Shown here: positions 59,191-64,000 of the stretch, piece after piece | How positions within the stretch are numbered: the stretch's first letter is position 1 | Layout of the letters: every line of letters starts with the position of its first letter | Source of the DNA: Phoronis australis | Taxonomy: Eukaryota > Animalia > Phoronida | Assembly: GCA_002633005.1 (NCBI GenBank) | Contig: NMRA01000081.1 | Location: 189,625-253,624 of the forward strand | DNA: 64,000 nucleotides | Direction: 5' to 3' | Notes under the pieces: generated by a model | Told to the model about the DNA's origin: nothing | Seen by the model: only the letters and a program-made list of their open reading frames with translations | The model's database searches: none | Position numbers and translations under genes: made by a program

Positions 59191-59791
59191 GTTTCAAAAT
59201 GATCCGAGCACAGTCCAGGCGTGCATTTCGTAGACACACGGAGCTCATGAAAATGCAAGACTAGATGGGACATGTATTACAAGTGAAGATCATGATCACA
59301 CTAGCTTCATTCGCAAGATTCTTGCATCAACAGAACTCAGTCCAGACCGATTAATTTAGGCTATTTTTGACCTTATCAATGGTAGTTTATGCAGCACACG
59401 TACACACTGTTTTCCGGGAATTTCTGTAACTGCACCATTGGTCAGTTTTACAGAAACCTGGAAAATAAACGACAGGTATTAGCCACAAAATTCAGAGCTA
59501 TATTTTTTGAAACGTTTATTTGCTTAGTATAGAAAATGGATGGACTACTCGAGGGAGGGGGATAACAGACCTGTAGGATTCCACAAAACAAGTTGCATGC
59601 CATCCTAAAAAACAACAAATGTCTTTGTGAGACAAGTTTTGTTCGGTACTATGTTTGGGATCATTTTCGACATGTGCAATGAAGCTGGATTATTAAAACC
59701 ACGTTGAAAATGTGCCCGTGTTGATTTTTAGCAAAATAATTTGAAAAATGCCGTTTTGAAAATGATCGGGATGTTGGTAATTGTGTTTCAT

Positions 59792-60299
59792 CAGGGCTTG
59801 GAATTTTCCACGGAAACGCGGATTTCCGCTTTTTTCAAATGTGCTGTCCGCTTTTTTTATAATATTTCCGCGTAAAAAATCGGATTTGATATAAAATTTC
59901 CGCGGCAAATTCCTTTCTTACCGCGGCGTTGCAGACAACGTTCACCTCGAAAAGCGGAAGTTGCTCTTTATGTTTCGGAGGAACGTAAATTGTCAACATT
60001 GCCGGGGCATCTGGGACAGCGTGGTGGGATTTTCAATGGCGTCTCGTGTTATTGTTAAGCGCGGCGACAAATACTACCGCTCTGCAGCCAAAAATGTGTG
60101 GGTTGGGAGTGGACGGGCGAGCTAAAAGGACGCAGACGCATGGTACTGATGGTGGTAATGTTTTTTTTTTTTTAGTCCTCCCGATTTTTGTCGGGGAAAG
60201 GTTCACATTGACCATTTCAAGGCTGGTTAGCGGGCATGATTTGGGCCGTAGAAGTTTCAAAGTTTCCGCGTTTTTTGTCATTGGTCATTCCAAGCCCTG
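59792..60299. mobile_element. hAT-like MITE with 6-bp TSD, CpG-rich
   Basis: Perfect 13-bp TIR CAGGGCTTGGAAT / ATTCCAAGCCCTG. TTTCAT direct repeat at 59786-59791 and 60300-60305. Subterminal TTTCCGC/GCGGAAA repeats. Confidence 0.85.
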
Positions 60300-60485
60300 T
60301 TTCATGTACACTTGTTCAGCTGTGGGTAGTATACTGTTAGTCACAGGACATTATTTCTAAAATATGCTTTCGACAGATGTAATCATTATTGCAGCAAATT
60401 TTTTGTTGGCCTGCATACAAGTACCTATTGACACACGGTAATACATTAATAATAGCATAATACATGCAAGAGAGTAGGACATTAA

Positions 60486-60896
60486 AGCCTATTTTGAATG
60501 GTAACACCTGTAAATTTGGATCCTACAGAAAAATTTAGAACATCGCTTTGAGCCCACTGGTTCCATAAATTGTCAAATGTAACGAACTGTTAGGCGTATT
60601 GGTTTGCTTTTGTCTACGTCACTGCGAGAATCACCTTTTGATTCAAACAGCTGCGAATAGCACCTGCACGCAGTGGTGTTCTATTCAGACCCCTATTGAA
60701 TACAACCGTTATCGACCTTTTGTTTTTTGCTCAAGAATCTCGCAGTGACGCAATATGGCACGAAAAGGCAGCTTTACCTATCATTTAACGGGCCTACATT
60801 TGCGTGATCAAACTCGAATTTTCTTATTTTGCTTTGTTAGGAGTACCTGGTTAGCCAAATACATCTTAAATAACAAAATTCCGTTGAGGTTAGGCT
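60486..60896. mobile_element. TTAA-flanked Kolobok-like MITE
   Basis: TTAA|AGCCTA ... TAGGCT|TTAA. Internal 13-bp inverted repeat CGTCACTGCGAGA (60617) / TCTCGCAGTGACG (60738). Confidence 0.5.
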
Positions 60897-61691
60897 TTAA
60901 AAAACAAAAATATTCTTGAGCTTTGCTAAGAAGCTTTCCACAAATTGTGCATTCATAGGTTTCAATGTTTTCTAAGATCTGTACACCAGTTTGATGTACA
61001 ATTTGATTACTTATGCATGGATTGGAATTCTGTGTTAACGGATTGGTGTAGGTTGAGAATTTAGGAAGACTGGCAAGTTATTTTATTTGTTGCAGAATTT
61101 TGTTAATAACGATATTTGGAGAAAGTTAGCATTCACTGTAAGTGAATAGAGTAAGATCATTTCTTGCCATTGTCTGCAGTAGGTCTGAGAATGATACAAG
61201 TATGGGTGTGCTTGTTTGTATGTGCTTGCGTATTATTACTTGGGGAAAATTTTTTGTCCAGCCTGTCATATTTTTGCCACTTTTATGTTCGTAGGTATAA
61301 AGGCTATGTTCCGTAGACCTAAGAAATTTACTCTCAACATGTGACTTGTCAATAATTTCAGGCCTGTTGTTTTTTGGTTAAAATAGGACTCAAGATGTTG
61401 CTATAGTGGCCATTTTCCAACTTTTCATGTGCCAGACCCATATCACCACTCTCTTGTGGGGGAGCTTTCTAAAACTTGCTATGTAAGGAAGCACTATGGA
61501 TACTGTGCCACCATTTTAGCTATGTCATAACATTTTTAGTAATTTGAGATTTTATGGTGACTGCTCTTTATTCGACCGATTTCCTGCTGTTGTTGCTGCT
61601 GCTGCCGCCACTGTCATAATCATCATCATTTATCATATAGTTTCTCATAGTGGCGCCCTCTAGAAAGTTTTTTATTCATTATGTTTGCCTC

Positions 61692-61730
61692 TGTGTGTGT
61701 GTGCGTGCGTGCGTGCGTGCGTGCATGTGC
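61692..61730. repeat. (GT)n(GCGT)n compound microsatellite
   Basis: tgtgtgtgtgtgcgtgcgtgcgtgcgtgcgtgcatgtgc. Confidence 0.9.
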
Positions 61731-62497
61731 CTGTGTTCGTAGGTTGATAAGTATTGTGTTATTGTCTCTTTTAGCTTATGGATCACTTGTAGACTTATTG
61801 ATTGATTGCATAGAGATTAATTAGTGTGCCTGTTAATAGTGTTCATATGGTCTTACACTGTTTAAGTATGTCCCATGGATTAGTGCTGTGGAACTGTGTT
61901 ACAGAACCTAGTCAGATATAGTGGAGTAAATTTTCACACAGACTCTCTAAAATGTAGTGAAACTTTAAGTTGGGAGTGCTTGCTGTCGTATGCAGCGTAG
62001 CAAACGGACTGCTGTGTGTTTCGACAGCTTTATAAATGTTGCAGAGTTGGAGGATGTACTTTTCTCTTTGCCTAGAGGTCAGGAATTTAACTTAAGGCAG
62101 AATTAAAGTTGACTAGGTCTACACATTTTCAAAGTGAACCTGGAAATAAGATGCTGTGAAACTCGAGCTTGTTGTAGACACCTGAAGCTGCATTTGCTTG
62201 TGACACTTTGATAAACCCCTGATGAATACCCCAGTTAGATGGGAGAGAGACCCTTGAACTGAATTAATGTGCTTGGTTTTAATGAGGTGAATTACAACTG
62301 CCAATGTGTGACACGATATTGTTCCTGGCAACCCCAGTCTGTGTGAAGACTATAGGTGAAGCGTGTGTGTACTGAGGAAGTGGGGCAGTGCAGACCTGTT
62401 TTGTCTACGCGAGAAAAGTGTGTGAAAGAGAAAGTTGTTGCTTTCACCGGATGCCTTGACTCTTGTTATGCGAATTCTTTCTGTACGTTGTCCCATC

Positions 62498-62653
62498 ATG
62501 GGCTCCATGGATGAAGTGTATTGTTTACAAGGCAGTGACATCAGTGTTAAGCCTCGAGTGTATAAGTGTTCTTACCACATAGACTTATCGCGGCACAGGG
62601 GGTGTAAGGCTGTCCCTCCAAAGGCGCGTAGGACGTACACCAACCAGGTTCAG
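62498..62653 (+). CDS. Candidate alternative first coding exon for a headless myosin-18 isoform
   Basis: Strong-context ATG (ATCATGG). Open frame MGSMDEVYCLQGSDISVKPRVYKCSYHIDLSRHRGCKAVPPKARRTYTNQVQ ends at a phase-0 donor CAG|GTACAT, the same phase as the intron after exon 16. Confidence 0.4.
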
Positions 62654-63063
62654 GTACATGTATGTTTTGTTGTCAGGTGACTGAATCCTTGTTGTTGGAG
62701 TGTAAACACTTTTTAAATTTAGGAGAAATTAAAGAATAAACACTGTCAGGTATTTACTGGTTATATATTCAGATTCTACACATTTAAGTCTTTAGCATTT
62801 GGTGAATAGCAAGGCAATGATATAGTTTTCTGTTTTACTGTGGCCGAATACTAGAATTACTCTTGGCATTATGACAGCATTTTAGGTTTTCCATCACCTG
62901 TCTGGGTGTAATGGCATGAGATATGTCATTTTTCAGAATACATGTGTGTTACATCTTATCTATAACTTTAGTTTCTGCATTTTTGCAGTCATTGCAAGTG
63001 TCATTGTACTATAAAGTATCAAATGTTATACTGGTCATATTGTGCGTTTTGGTTATCGAATTC

Positions 63064-63239
63064 ACCAACATGAGTGTTGCAGCATATCTCTCTATAGGTC
63101 ATGGCATACCAACATGAGTGTTGCAGCATATCTCTCTATAGGTCATGGCATACCAACATGAGTGTTGCAGCATATCTCTCTATAGGTCATGGCATACCAA
63201 CATGAGTGTTGCAGCATATCTCTCTATAGGTCACGGCAT
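63064..63239. repeat. 44-bp unit x4 near-perfect minisatellite
   Basis: accaacatgagtgttgcagcatatctctctataggtcatggcat at 63064, 63108, 63152 and 63196. Confidence 0.95.
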
Positions 63240-64000
63240 TATGATCCATATGTAATAACAAGTTGGGTCTTAAGGATATCTCGAACCTTATTCACAAGAA
63301 TTGGTCATTTTTACATTTCCCGTCTAACAAAATGCCTTATCTTCATTCTCGGGAACTTCAAATATGAAATATATACAGTGTAGCAAGAAAAAAAATTTAG
63401 CAGAACAACCGAGGTCAAAGGTTATAAGGCTGTCACTTAAATTAAATCTCACACCAGGCACAGAGCAGCACCATGTGTACCCTCAGTCCTTTCATTCACT
63501 GAGTCACCATAATATTGAATCAACGAGGTGTACATATGACAGAAAGATGACACTGAAAATGAAGACAAAACGTAGTTATGATTCTGAGGGAGTTGAGCAT
63601 CTGCATGCATACGACGGTTCAGAATTTATGCTCCGAGTTGCCGCATGCTTCTGTGACTGTGTTTACGAACATAGCAAGTTGTGAAGAGATAATATCCTCA
63701 CCCAAATTCATTAATTTGATTGGTAATATGACATTTTGCTGTTTAGATCTCATGCTAACGACATGCTTAAACCACCGACTCGATTTCTGTTGTCCACTTG
63801 GCACTTAGTTTCATATCAGTGTCCCGGCACTTAGTGTGTATAACAAGGAACTGTCGGACTAGAGACGTTTTAGTGATAATTAAATTAGTACGCACTTTAC
63901 ACACTGCATAGTCAATTGACATTGTAAGTGAATGTTTGTTAAGGCATGTATATGTTATATTGACTGAAATCAAGTTTTCACCGAATAATTAACGGAAGAC

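Overview
This is eukaryotic, intron-rich, AT-rich animal DNA; a lophotrochozoan such as a mollusc is my inference from repeat types and gene structure. It is not prokaryotic: I see no operons, CRISPR arrays or defence systems. Three protein-coding genes are supported. (1) An intronless + strand gene (ATG 6777 or 7380, stop 8765) encodes a Gln/Arg-rich protein with a PTB/PID-like domain. (2) A convergent 3-exon - strand gene (13323-13218, 12074-11042, 10726-10486; 459 aa) encodes a Pro/Ser/Thr-rich protein of unknown function, with an RFX X-box-like motif upstream. (3) The 5' part of an unconventional myosin-XVIII (MYO18A-like) gene on the + strand has 16 coding exons from 32646 to 58802 that join in frame (KE-rich N-terminus, PDZ, SH3-like region, pseudo-motor with NATRF/DVPGFQ switches) and continues beyond the window. 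Exons 9-13 appear twice on either side of an N-gap (47566-51068 and 51676-55189), most likely a false haplotype duplication. Transposon content: a decayed maT-type Tc1/mariner, a decayed L1/Tx1 LINE, a piggyBac deletion derivative, hAT-like MITEs with unusual 5- and 6-bp TSDs, a Kolobok-like MITE, a Helentron/HINE-like array and SINE remnants. The most interesting leads are a candidate internal first exon for a headless myosin-18 (62498-62653), a head-to-head pair of tRNA-like units between the convergent genes (9260-9475), and degenerate tandem copies of a myosin exon end with its splice donor (43372-43776). All coordinates and motifs were read by eye; no searches or counts were run.
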